Shown: positions 27,323-36,892 of the stretch, in pieces
How the letters are laid out: every line of letters starts with the position of its first letter
Numbering within the stretch: the stretch's first letter is position 1
Assembly: GCA_043754535.1 (NCBI GenBank)
Contig: JAYUUN010000020.1
Span: forward strand, 1-56,886
Direction of reading: 5' to 3'
Source of the DNA: Chloroflexota bacterium
GTDB taxonomy: Bacteria > Chloroflexota > Chloroflexia > QHBQ01
Length of the DNA stretch: 56,886 bases
The notes under the pieces: model-generated
What the model saw: only the letters and a program-made list of their open reading frames with translations
Database searches by the model: none
What the model was told of the DNA's origin: nothing
Position numbers and translations under genes: made by a program

Positions 27323-29377
27323 TCAGAGGCCCAGTTGCCAGGCCAGGAAGCTCCAGATGTCGGTCTGTTCGGCGATCAACTTGGTCAGTGGTTTGCCCTG
27401 ACCATGCCCGGCCTCATCCTCTATGCGCACCAGGACGGGGCGGCTACCGTCGCTAGCCGTCTGCAAGAGGGCGGTCATCTTGCGGGCGTGTAGGGGGTCA
27501 ACCCGGCTGTCCGATGCGCCAGTGGTGGTCAGGATTGCGGGATAGCGCGTTTCGGGCCTGACGTTGTGGTAGGGTGAATAGGCCCGCAACCAGGCGAACT
27601 GCTCTGCGTCGTCAGCAGAACCATACTCGGAGACCCAGAGGCGAGCGATGCGGAAGTGGTGATAGCGGATCATGTCCAGCAGTGGCACCGCGCAGACCAC
27701 CGCCTTGAACAGGTCAGGCCGCTGGGTCAGGCTGGCCCCGACCAGCAGGCCGCCATTGCTGCCGCCCATGATCGCCAGCTTCTCTGGCTGGGTGTAGCCC
27801 TGGGTAATAAGGTACTCGGCGGCAGCGATGAAGTCGTCAAAGACGTTCTGCTTGTTGCCCAGCATCCCCGCTTGGTGCCAATCCTCACCAAACTCGGACC
27901 CCCCGCGCAGATTGGCAACTGCGTACACGCCACCGCGTTCGAGCCAGAGCAAGGCAGAGCGGCTGAACACTGGCGTGCGACTGACATTGAAGCCACCGTA
28001 GCCGCTCAGCAAGGTGGGGTTGTTGCCATCGCGGGCGAGATTGCGGCGGGCGATCACGTACATAGGCACGCGGGTACTGTCCTTCGACTGGTACCAGACC
28101 TGCTCGACCACGAACTGACTGCTGTCTACGGCAGCTTCTACCTGCATCCACGTGCTGAACTCGTGGCTGTCAAGGTCGTAGCGGTAGACGGTGGGCGGCT
28201 GGGTATAGGACTCGTAGCCGATCAGCAATGTGTTGCTCTGCCACTCGCCGCCGCTGGCCGCGACCGAACCAGCAGGCGGCAACGGCACCTCAGCCTGCTG
28301 TTCACCTTGCAGGCTATAGACCTCAACGTGCGAAGCGACCTCGCGCAGGCTGTTCAGCACTAGCCTGCCACCACTGCCCTGCGCCGCCTGGATGATAGTG
28401 CCGGGCCGCTCTGCTACGATAGTGCGCCAGTTCTCCAGCCCTGGCTTATCCCACTCGAAGGCTACGATCTTGAAGTTGGGCGCGCCCAGGTTGGTGTGCA
28501 GATAGAAGGTGCCATCCACCACGCGAACTACATCGTAGATTGCCAACTCGCCAGCGGCAATTTGGACGAAGCCACCTGCCGCATCGTGCAGGTCGCGCAC
28601 AAAGAGTTCGTTCTGCGACCAGCCCGGGGCCATGATGACGATTAGGAAGCGGCCATCCTCGGTCAGTTCGACCGCAGGCATATCGGTCATCTCGCGGCCT
28701 GCGCCGAACACCTTTGGGTCAGCCTTGCCATCGTCGCCTAGCTTGTGGAAGAAGATGTGGTCGTGGTAGTTCTCCTCCCCAGCTGGCACCTCACCGGGTG
28801 CCGGGTAGCGGGTGTAGTAGAAGCCGCTAGCATCTGGTAGCCAGGCCACGCTGCTATAGCGGGTATGGGGGATTTGCTCACCAAGCTGCTTGCCACTGTC
28901 TACCTCAAGCACGTGGAGGGTACTTTTCTCGTCGCCATGCTCAGAATAGCCATAAGCCAGCAGCCTGCCATCTGGCGATGGGTACCACCAATCGAGGGCA
29001 ACAGTGCCGCCAGCGTTGGCAGTATTGGGGTCGAGCAGCACGCGCTCCGTACCATCCATGCCCTCACGCCAGTAGAGGAGTGGCTGGTTCTGCTCACCCT
29101 CACGTCGCTGGTAGAAGCAGCGACCATGCCGCACGCTGGGGGCGGTCAGCAGGCCAATTGGCAGCAAATCAGCCAGGCGGCCAGCGATCTGCTCACGGCC
29201 TGGGTAGCTAGCCAGCACCTGCCGGGTGTGCTCGTTCTGCGCCGCCACCCACGCCTGCACCTCGGCTGCTTCTTCATCCTCCAGCCAACGGTAGGGGTCG
29301 TTGATTTCCACCCCATGCAAGTTCTCACGTACATCTTCACGCCGCGACTGTGGAGCGCGATACAATAGTTCTGCCAA
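27323..29377 (-). CDS. Prolyl oligopeptidase (S9A)
   Basis: DPYRWLED, GYGGFNVS, NLRGGSEFG, GGSNGG (Ser), DSRVDP (Asp), AGHG (His); TTG start after AGGAG. Confidence 0.96.
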   Translation of the reverse strand: MAELLYRAPQSRREDVRENLHGVEINDPYRWLEDEEAAEVQAWVAAQNEHTRQVLASYPGREQIAGRLADLLPIGLLTAPSVRHGRCFYQRREGEQNQPLLYWREGMDGTERVLLDPNTANAGGTVALDWWYPSPDGRLLAYGYSEHGDEKSTLHVLEVDSGKQLGEQIPHTRYSSVAWLPDASGFYYTRYPAPGEVPAGEENYHDHIFFHKLGDDGKADPKVFGAGREMTDMPAVELTEDGRFLIVIMAPGWSQNELFVRDLHDAAGGFVQIAAGELAIYDVVRVVDGTFYLHTNLGAPNFKIVAFEWDKPGLENWRTIVAERPGTIIQAAQGSGGRLVLNSLREVASHVEVYSLQGEQQAEVPLPPAGSVAASGGEWQSNTLLIGYESYTQPPTVYRYDLDSHEFSTWMQVEAAVDSSQFVVEQVWYQSKDSTRVPMYVIARRNLARDGNNPTLLSGYGGFNVSRTPVFSRSALLWLERGGVYAVANLRGGSEFGEDWHQAGMLGNKQNVFDDFIAAAEYLITQGYTQPEKLAIMGGSNGGLLVGASLTQRPDLFKAVVCAVPLLDMIRYHHFRIARLWVSEYGSADDAEQFAWLRAYSPYHNVRPETRYPAILTTTGASDSRVDPLHARKMTALLQTASDGSRPVLVRIEDEAGHGQGKPLTKLIAEQTDIWSFLAWQLGL

Positions 29378-29452
29378 AGAGGAATCTCCTGCTCAGATGA
29401 TTGCTTGAGTATACCAGAGGAGGGGGAAACGGTCAACCCGACTGGCTGCAAC

Positions 29453-29481
29453 AAAAAGAGGACGAGCCGTAGCTCATCCCC
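29453..29481 (-). terminator. Intrinsic terminator of the pst/phoU operon
   Basis: Minus strand GGGGATGAGC-TACG-GCTCGTCCTC followed by TTTTT. Confidence 0.8.
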
Positions 29482-29504
29482 TGCTTGCCGCTTGTTGGTG
29501 GAAG

Positions 29505-30176
29505 CTAATACTTGGTCGGCTTAAACTCCTCCATGGTGCCAGTGACCAGGAAGTTGACGCGCTCACAGATGTTGGTTACGCGGTCAGCGATCCGTTCAAG
29601 GTTGTGGGCGACCCAGAGCAGGCGGGTGGCGCGGTCAATCGTTTTGGGGTCGTTGAGCATGAAGGTAAGCAGTTCGCGGTAGACCTGGTCATATAGTTGG
29701 TCTACCTCGTCGTCCTCGCGAGCGACGTTGTTGGCGGCCTGCACATCGCGGGCGATCAGCGCATCCATTGCCGTCCGCAGCATCTCGCGTGCTTTGTCAG
29801 CCATGCGTGGGATGTCGATCAGCGGCTTGAGCGGCGGCTCGTTGCCGAGCATGATCGCCACCCGTGCAATGCCTGCGGCGTGGTCTCCCATACGTTCCAG
29901 GTCGGTAATCACATTGAGGACGGCGACAACAATGCGCACGTCCACCGCCATTGGCTGCTGGGTAGAGGTGACAAAGATGCACTTCTCCTCGATCTCAAAC
30001 CGCTTGGCGTTGATCTTGTCATCGTCGGCAATCACTAGGCGGGCGGTGCTGAGATCGCGGTTTTTGAGGGCATCAATGCTACGGGTGATCGACTTGTCTA
30101 CCATGCTGGACATGACCAGCAACTCGTCCTGCAAATCCTTGAGTTCGCGGTCGAAGGTGGGGCGGGTTGAGACCAT
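29505..30176 (-). CDS. phoU: Phosphate signalling protein PhoU
   Basis: QQPMAVDVR, DLERMGDHA, LERIADRVTNICE; ATG 30176 after GAGGAG. Confidence 0.96.
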   Translation of the reverse strand: MVSTRPTFDRELKDLQDELLVMSSMVDKSITRSIDALKNRDLSTARLVIADDDKINAKRFEIEEKCIFVTSTQQPMAVDVRIVVAVLNVITDLERMGDHAAGIARVAIMLGNEPPLKPLIDIPRMADKAREMLRTAMDALIARDVQAANNVAREDDEVDQLYDQVYRELLTFMLNDPKTIDRATRLLWVAHNLERIADRVTNICERVNFLVTGTMEEFKPTKY

Positions 30177-30256
30177 ACTGTACTCCTCTTTGTGTGCTAC
30201 TTTGATGCGGCTGCTCCTACCGAAGCGAAAAGTGCGGAGCAAGACCAGCAGTGCGA

Positions 30257-31102
30257 TCATCCAAAGCGTCCGGTGATGTAGTCTTCAGTACGCTTCTCGG
30301 TCGGCTTGGTGAAAATTCGGCTGGTCGGGCCAAACTCGATCAGGTGTCCTGGGCCGTCGGTCGCCAGCATGAAGGCAGTGTAGTCGCTGACGCGGCTGGC
30401 CTGCTGCATATTGTGGGTGACGATCACGATGGTGTACTGGCTCTTTAGCTCCTCGATCAGGTTCTCGATCTTCAGGGTGGCGATGGGGTCAAGGGCGGAG
30501 CAAGGTTCGTCCATCAGCACGATCTCTGGCTGCACTGCAATGGTGCGGGCAATGCACAGGCGTTGCTGCTGGCCGCCAGAGAGGGAGGCACCGCTGCGGC
30601 TGAGGCGATCCTTCACCTCATCCCACAGGGCTGCCTGGCGCAAGGATTGCTCGACTATCTCCAACCCCTCTTTGCGACCAATGCGCCCACCGTTCAGCTT
30701 GATACCCGCCAGCACGTTCTCGGAGATGCTCATGGTGGGGAAGGGGTTGGGCTTCTGGAAGACCATCCCGATCAGGCGGCGCACACGCACCGGGTCAATG
30801 CCAGCGGCGTAGATATTCTGGCCGTCAATAGAGACCTCACCCTCCACGCGAGGGCTGCCTGGTGTGACTTCGTGCATCCGATTGAGGGTGCGGATCAGGG
30901 TGGACTTGCCACAACCGCTGGGGCCAATCAGGGCTGTCACCTTGTTCGGCTCCATGTCCATGTTCACGTCCTTGACCGCCAGGTAGTTGCCATAGTAAGC
31001 ATTGAGGTTGCGGACGCTCATGCCCTTGCCCTTGACTGCGGTCTCGGCCAGCACTGTGCCAGCGACGGGGGTAGTGGTGTTGATTTCTTCTTGCGCTTGC
31101 AT
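30257..31102 (-). CDS. pstB: Phosphate ABC transporter ATPase
   Basis: [52 protein letters not shown]. Confidence 0.97.
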   Translation of the reverse strand: MQAQEEINTTTPVAGTVLAETAVKGKGMSVRNLNAYYGNYLAVKDVNMDMEPNKVTALIGPSGCGKSTLIRTLNRMHEVTPGSPRVEGEVSIDGQNIYAAGIDPVRVRRLIGMVFQKPNPFPTMSISENVLAGIKLNGGRIGRKEGLEIVEQSLRQAALWDEVKDRLSRSGASLSGGQQQRLCIARTIAVQPEIVLMDEPCSALDPIATLKIENLIEELKSQYTIVIVTHNMQQASRVSDYTAFMLATDGPGHLIEFGPTSRIFTKPTEKRTEDYITGRFG

Positions 31103-31106
31103 CGCT

Positions 31107-32063
31107 CTACCTTACCTTCTTTCCACGGGTGGCCCAGCGAGCCAGTAGACTAAAGATCAGAATGATGGTAATCAGGATCAGGCTGGCACCCCATGCGCTA
31201 CTGATGCGGAAGACCTCGTTGGGTGGGTAGCCAGCATTGGTGTAGATCGTAGTTGGTAGGGAGCCGACTGGCACCATCGGGTTGAGCCTGCCAATGAAGT
31301 TGTTGCCATTATAGTTCTCGATGCCGAGGATGGTCAGCAGCAGCGGGGCGGTCTCACCAGCCGCACGAGCAATGGAGAGAACCACGCCAGTGATGATGCC
31401 ACTGATTGCGCTAGGCAGCACCACTTTGACAATCGTCTTCCATTGTGGCACACCCAGGGCAAGGCTGGCCTCGCGCAAGGCGTTGGGGACTAGCTTCAGC
31501 ACCTCCTCAACCGTGCGGGCGATAATGGGGGCCATGATGATCGCCAGGGCGATGCCACCGGCCAAACCAGAGTAGTGACCAAAGGTGTTCCTGACCAGCA
31601 GGGTGGCGACGAACACGCCGACGATGATCGAAGGCAGGCCGGTCAACATATCGGCGATGAAGCGCACGGCGAAGGCGAAACGACCACGCCCATACTCTGA
31701 CAAATAAACTCCTGCCAGCACGCCAATGGGGATGGCGATCAGCGCACCGAGGCCGACCACGATCAGGGTGCCGAGGATCGCAGGCCCAATACCACCTTCA
31801 GAGGGCGTGGCGGTGAAGAAGTTGAAGTTGAAGGGTCCAGTAGTGCCGTCAGCACGGACAAAGAAGGACTCGAAGCCTCGCTGCACCACGTAGTAGAGAA
31901 TGACTAGCAGCAGGCCGACCGCGAGCAAGGCAGCCAGACCAACCAGCCCGGCCATGATCAGGTTGACCACGCGACGAGTGGCGAAGCGCGCCCGCTCGAT
32001 TGCGCTGTTTTTGCCTGTCACCTCAAGGGCGTTAGTACGGCGGAGGGTATTTTGCGACTCCAT
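31107..32063 (-). CDS. pstA: Phosphate ABC transporter permease PstA
   Basis: [32 protein letters not shown]. Confidence 0.95.
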   Translation of the reverse strand: MESQNTLRRTNALEVTGKNSAIERARFATRRVVNLIMAGLVGLAALLAVGLLLVILYYVVQRGFESFFVRADGTTGPFNFNFFTATPSEGGIGPAILGTLIVVGLGALIAIPIGVLAGVYLSEYGRGRFAFAVRFIADMLTGLPSIIVGVFVATLLVRNTFGHYSGLAGGIALAIIMAPIIARTVEEVLKLVPNALREASLALGVPQWKTIVKVVLPSAISGIITGVVLSIARAAGETAPLLLTILGIENYNGNNFIGRLNPMVPVGSLPTTIYTNAGYPPNEVFRISSAWGASLILITIILIFSLLARWATRGKKVR

Positions 32064-32083
32064 GTTTGCTTTCCTTTCCACCC

Positions 32084-33121
32084 TCAGTTACGCAGGCTGG
32101 CATTGTCTGGCGCAGTGAAGTGGACGAGCAGGCGGCTGCCCGCGTTGATGATTGCGCTGATCAGCAGCAACACCAGACCAACCGCCACGACCGCGCTGAG
32201 GTTGAGGCCCGCCTTCGCGTCGTTAAACTGGGTGGCGACCAGGCTTGCCATAGTGTGGCCGGTGGTAAAAAGGTTGCCCTTGCCGACTGCGCTCACGCTG
32301 CCGCCGATCACCATCGTCACCGCCATCGTCTCACCGAGGGCGCGACCCAGGCCGAGGCCTACACCGCCAATGATACCACCACGGGCGTAGGGCAGCACGG
32401 CCTTGTTGATCGTCTCCCACTTGGTTGCACCGAGAGCCAGCATCCCCTCTTTTTGCAGCGGCGGCACCGTCTTGATGATCTCGCGGCTGATCGACATGAT
32501 CGTGGGCAGGATCATGATCGCCAGCACAATGCCAGCGGTGAAGTAGCCGCGCCCGCTACCAGTGATCCTGCCGAAGATGTCGCCTAGCACCGGCCAGCCC
32601 TTGAACAGATCGTGGAGGAAAGGCATTACCCCCTGTGGGCCAGCCCCCTTCACGTTCGGCACGTTGTACATGATCGGGACGACGACGGCCAAAGCCCAAA
32701 AGCCGAAGATCACGCTCGGCACGGCGGCCAGCAGTTCGATCACAAAGCTGACTGGGGTTGCCAGCCACCTGGGGGCATACTCAGAGATGTAGAGCGAGGC
32801 ACCGACGGCGATGGGGGTCGCCAACAGCAGGGCGATCAGCGAGGTGGTCAGGGTGCCAAAGATGAATTGCCAGGCACCGAACTTGTTGTCCACCGAAGCG
32901 TCCCAGGTGTCGCTGCTAATGAAGCTGAGGCCGAACTTTTGGATTGCCTCGCTAGAATAGAAAAGAAGCACCATCGCCACTGCAACGAGCAGCAAGATAA
33001 TGGCGAAGCCAGAGAAGTAGGTGAGCCCCCGGAAGATAGCATCCGCCCCGCTGCGCCCTTCCCCAGGGTTGAGGCGCGGCTTGGGGGTTCCTACCTGACG
33101 TGGATCGAGCGATACAGCCAT
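32084..33121 (-). CDS. pstC: Phosphate ABC transporter permease PstC
   Basis: ELLAAVPSVIFGFW, LALGATKWE, GRALGETMAVTMVIG; start set at ATG 33121. Confidence 0.95.
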   Translation of the reverse strand: MAVSLDPRQVGTPKPRLNPGEGRSGADAIFRGLTYFSGFAIILLLVAVAMVLLFYSSEAIQKFGLSFISSDTWDASVDNKFGAWQFIFGTLTTSLIALLLATPIAVGASLYISEYAPRWLATPVSFVIELLAAVPSVIFGFWALAVVVPIMYNVPNVKGAGPQGVMPFLHDLFKGWPVLGDIFGRITGSGRGYFTAGIVLAIMILPTIMSISREIIKTVPPLQKEGMLALGATKWETINKAVLPYARGGIIGGVGLGLGRALGETMAVTMVIGGSVSAVGKGNLFTTGHTMASLVATQFNDAKAGLNLSAVVAVGLVLLLISAIINAGSRLLVHFTAPDNASLRN

Positions 33122-33319
33122 ACACGAATCCTTCCGCTGATCGAGCCAGCCTGTGGAGTGAATAACGGGGAACTGCTGCTGTCCCGCCTGCGCCACAGTT
33201 TACCCGCTGTTGGCTGCCCGGCAAGAGTCATTTGGTTAGACCTTGATCCTCTTTAATTTAACCAGCTAGCTGCCAATATGTCAACTCACCAGCCCACAAC
33301 CGTAGAGTTATAGAATGGG

Positions 33320-33367
33320 GCTAGCAGGGCTGACAGCGGCAAGTAGCCTGCCGCCAACCCTGCTGGC
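33320..33367 (-). other. Intercistronic stem-loop after the pstS genes (mRNA-stabilising or attenuating)
   Basis: GCTAGCAGGG...GCGGCA / TGCCGC...CCCTGCTGGC inverted repeat just downstream of the stop at 33378. Confidence 0.5.
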
Positions 33368-33377
33368 TAACGAGGAG

Positions 33378-35285
33378 TTACGGGCGGACGGGCTGCCCGC
33401 TGATCGTCATCTTGTTGAGGTTCTTCCAGGCCAGGCTTTGCAGCGGAGCCGGGAGCGGGGCATAGAAGTTGTCCTTGTGGAACTTCTGGCCCTCGGTGAT
33501 CGACCACCAAAGCAGGTTGAACAGGGCAGTGGCCTTCGCCTTGTCGGTCTGGTTCTGGTAGACGACGAGCCAGGTGGCGGCGCAGATCGGGTAGGTCTTG
33601 TCGCCATCTTCTTCGGTCAAGCTGAAGCGGAGGTCATCAGGGTACTTCTTGCCGTCGGCAGCGGCGGTCACGCTGTCTAGGGTCGGCTCGATGAACTTAC
33701 CGGCCAGGTTCTTGACGTTGGCGTAGGGCAGCTTGGCCCCAATGGCGTAGTTGAGTTCGACGTAGCCAATGGCGTAGGCGTTGCTGGTCACGCCCTGGGA
33801 TACGCCCTGGTTGCCGTTGCCGCCGATCTGGCCGTCCTTCCACTTAGGAGCGGTGCCGACCCCGATCTCGTTCTTAAACTGCGCGCTCTTCTTGGCGAGG
33901 TAGTCGCTGAAGATGTTAGAGGTGCCGCTACCGTCCGAGCGGTGAACCACCACGATGTCGGCGGATGGCAGGGAGATGCCGGGGTTGTTGGCCTTGATCT
34001 TGGCATCATCCCACTTGGTGATAACGCCCAGGTAGATGTCGGCGATGTTCTCGCCAGTGAGGTTGATCTTGTCGCTGGCACTGAAGCCAGGCAGGTTGTA
34101 GATTATCACCACTGCGCCGAGAGCGGTGGGGATGTGCAGCACAGGGCCGCCCTTGGCTGCGGCGATCTCAGCGTCGCTCAGGAAGCTGTCGCTGCCTGCG
34201 AAGTCGACGGTCTGGGCGGCAATGTCGCTCTTGCCCTTGCCACTGCCACCACCGGCGTAGTTAATGGTGACGTTGTACTGGGTCTTGTAGGCAGCGAACT
34301 GCTTGTCGTAGAGCGGCTTGGGGAAGGTTGCGCCGCTGGCATTCAGGGTGTCGGAGCCACCAGCGATCAGGCTGAAGGCGGGGACGGGGGTACCAGTAGA
34401 ACCACCAGCACCTTGACCAGCGTTCTTGTAAACCCAGTCATAGTAGTGCTGGCCGATATTGCCGACCTGCACCTTGAAGCCCTCAGGGGCGGAGGGAACG
34501 TAGGTGACGATGCGCCGCTCGAACGCCTGGATCAGCACGTCGGTGCCTTCCTTGCCCGCGATCTTGACCTTAGCCCAGTAGGCTTCGCTGATCGGCAGGC
34601 CGCTGGCGTAGAAGGTCGGGTTGCTCAGTTGCTCGGTAGCCTGCTGGCCGTTGGCTAGCACTGGCCCCTTGGCGTTGAGGAAGTCAACGAAGACCGCCGG
34701 GATGTTGTGACCAGTGGCAGCCTCGAAGTAGCTGACCTTGGTGCCAGCGTCGCTAGCCTTGGTTGCGTCGGTGCCGACCGTACCCGCCTTGTTGATCGTG
34801 GCGGTGGCGTTCTGGCCGCTCTTGTCGGTGGTCTTGCCCAGTAGGGCCTTGAAGGTAGCGTAGGTCGGTGCGTTCTTATCGTCGCCGTCCGAGGCCATGG
34901 GGATGTCAGCGGAGTAGCGATCCTGGTAACTGCTCTTGCCAATCTGCTTGCGCCCGCTGATCAGGTCAACGGCGAGCAGGCCGTTAGTCACGGTCTTGTC
35001 GCTGCCAGCCAGTTCCATGCGGCTCTTGTCGAAATACTGCACGGTCATCTGGCCGCCAGTGGCTTCAGCGAAAGGCTCCTTCAGCAAACCACTGATTGGG
35101 GCTGGCCCCCAGTAGTAGCTGCGCTTGACAGTGCCGTTAGCAACGAGGCTATCGGTGCGGTTCCAGAGAGCCTGGAACTCTGGGGTAGCGAAGGCCTGGG
35201 CCTGTGCGCCTACCAGCCCGGCGGGGATCAGCATCCCCAGCATCAGGGCGAGGGCGAAAATCCGTACTGCGACAGACTTCTTCAT
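33378..35285 (-). CDS. pstS: Phosphate-binding protein PstS fused to an N-terminal ~270-aa extracellular domain
   Basis: Sec signal; N-terminal domain with WNRTD, YYWGP, QYFDKSRME, NGLL, GHNI, QAFERR, GNIGQHYY; then PstS motifs SGATFP, GSGKG, DFAGSD, HRSDGSGTS, IGYVE. Confidence 0.92.
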   Translation of the reverse strand: MKKSVAVRIFALALMLGMLIPAGLVGAQAQAFATPEFQALWNRTDSLVANGTVKRSYYWGPAPISGLLKEPFAEATGGQMTVQYFDKSRMELAGSDKTVTNGLLAVDLISGRKQIGKSSYQDRYSADIPMASDGDDKNAPTYATFKALLGKTTDKSGQNATATINKAGTVGTDATKASDAGTKVSYFEAATGHNIPAVFVDFLNAKGPVLANGQQATEQLSNPTFYASGLPISEAYWAKVKIAGKEGTDVLIQAFERRIVTYVPSAPEGFKVQVGNIGQHYYDWVYKNAGQGAGGSTGTPVPAFSLIAGGSDTLNASGATFPKPLYDKQFAAYKTQYNVTINYAGGGSGKGKSDIAAQTVDFAGSDSFLSDAEIAAAKGGPVLHIPTALGAVVIIYNLPGFSASDKINLTGENIADIYLGVITKWDDAKIKANNPGISLPSADIVVVHRSDGSGTSNIFSDYLAKKSAQFKNEIGVGTAPKWKDGQIGGNGNQGVSQGVTSNAYAIGYVELNYAIGAKLPYANVKNLAGKFIEPTLDSVTAAADGKKYPDDLRFSLTEEDGDKTYPICAATWLVVYQNQTDKAKATALFNLLWWSITEGQKFHKDNFYAPLPAPLQSLAWKNLNKMTISGQPVRP

Positions 35286-35392
35286 AAAGACTCTACTCTC
35301 CTCTTGGCCTTGCAGCCATCTACACTATGCGGATGCGCTATTACAAACTGGCGCAGCCATCCGCTAGCTGCGCCAGTTTCTGTTTGGAAAGG

Positions 35393-36559
35393 TTAGGGCA
35401 TCACGGCCTTGCCACTGACAGTAATCTTCTTGACCTGCGCCTGCGCCTTCTCGATCATGTTAGCAGGCAGGGGGGCATAGCCAAGCGTACCGTGGTAGCT
35501 TTGGCCCTGAGTTAGCTCCCAGTTGAGCAGGTTGACAACCGCAATGGCCTTCGCCTGGTCAGTCTGGTTCTCACGTACTAGCAGCCAGGTGGCCGCCACG
35601 ATGGGGTAAGCACCGGCGTTGTCAGGGTTGTTGAGGGTGAAGCGCAGATCATCTGGGAGGCTGCCACCCTGGGCGGCCAGGCTAACGCTGCTCCCGCTCG
35701 GCGTGATAAACTTGCCACTCTTGTTCTGCAAGTCAGCGAAGGGTAGCCCCGCCCCAACCGCGTAGTTGAGTTCAACGTAGCCAATACTGTAGGCCGTACC
35801 TTGGATTGCCTGAGCAACACCCTGGTTGCCGGTTCCACCCACTTGGCCGTCCTTCCACTTGGGGGCGGTGCCGACCCCAATGGTGCTGCTGAACTCTGGG
35901 CTAATCTTCGCCAGGTAGTTGCTGAAGTTGGCACTGGTGCCGCTACCATCCGAGCGGTGAACTACCACGATGTCGGCAGCAGGCAACTGGAGGTTGGGGT
36001 TGTTGGCAAGGATGGCTGGGTCGTTCCACTTGGTGATCTTGGCGAGGTAGATGTCTGCGATGTTTGCACCAGTGAGCTTGATCTTGTCAGTGGCACTGAA
36101 GCCAGGCAGGTTGTAAATCATCACAATGGCCCCAATGGCTGCGGGGACGTGCAGCACGTTGCCCTTGCCACCTGCGCTGGCAGTCGCCAGTTCAGTGTCG
36201 CTCATGAAGCTGTCACTACCAGCGAAGTCAACAGTGCCTGCGCTGATGTCGCTCTTGCCCTTGCCGCTGCCGCCACCTGCGTAATTGATCGTCACACCAT
36301 ACTGCTTGCCGAAGTCAGCAAACTGCTTGTCGTAGAGTGGCTTGGGGAAGGTCGCGCCGCTGGCGTTGAGGGTCTTGGCTGCCCCCGCAATTGGGCTAAA
36401 GCTCCCCATTGCGCCGGGGGTCATCATCGTGGCCGGGGTGGAACCCGCAGCCGGGGTAGTAGCAGTAGTGCTGTTGTTGTCGCAGGCCGCCGCACTCAGG
36501 ACCAGGCCGAGTAGCACGAACAGGCTGGCGAGGCGGATGCTCAGGTTACGATAGTTCAT
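35393..36559 (-). CDS. pstS: Phosphate-binding lipoprotein PstS
   Basis: Lipobox SAAAC; SGATFP, DFAGSD, HRSDGSGTS, IGYVE; ATG 36559 after AGAGGAG. Confidence 0.95.
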   Translation of the reverse strand: MNYRNLSIRLASLFVLLGLVLSAAACDNNSTTATTPAAGSTPATMMTPGAMGSFSPIAGAAKTLNASGATFPKPLYDKQFADFGKQYGVTINYAGGGSGKGKSDISAGTVDFAGSDSFMSDTELATASAGGKGNVLHVPAAIGAIVMIYNLPGFSATDKIKLTGANIADIYLAKITKWNDPAILANNPNLQLPAADIVVVHRSDGSGTSANFSNYLAKISPEFSSTIGVGTAPKWKDGQVGGTGNQGVAQAIQGTAYSIGYVELNYAVGAGLPFADLQNKSGKFITPSGSSVSLAAQGGSLPDDLRFTLNNPDNAGAYPIVAATWLLVRENQTDQAKAIAVVNLLNWELTQGQSYHGTLGYAPLPANMIEKAQAQVKKITVSGKAVMP

Positions 36560-36641
36560 CAGGCTAGTTTCTCCTCTGTTTGCTTTGTACACAAGGCACA
36601 CAATAGGGCCAAAGACGCTTTCCAGTTGCAACACGTTGGTA

Positions 36642-36729
36642 ATGCTAACATCTCAGCTTTAACGGCTGTTTAACGACTGATCGCCTACCCTTTAACAGGA
36701 TGTTAACTTTTGGTTAACAAGATGTTAAG
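36642..36729 (-). promoter_or_regulatory. Pho-box-like array (six 11-bp-phased STTAAM repeats) and -10 of the pst operon
   Basis: Minus strand CTTAACATCTT GTTAACCAAAA GTTAACATCCT GTTAAAGGGTA (GGCGATCAGTC) GTTAAACAGCC GTTAAAGCTGA, then TAGCAT. Confidence 0.8.
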
Positions 36730-36892
36730 AGGGCTGGCAGTAGCCATTTCTGTCCTACTATGGATGCTAGCAGGCTCCATGTGAGGAGCGGCTGATTGGC
36801 GCAGGTGGCTTCCGCTTCAGCCGCTAGCGGGGGAAACTAGGCAGATGTGGTATAGTAGATAGGATGTTTTTCCAGAGGGTGAGACCAGAACG

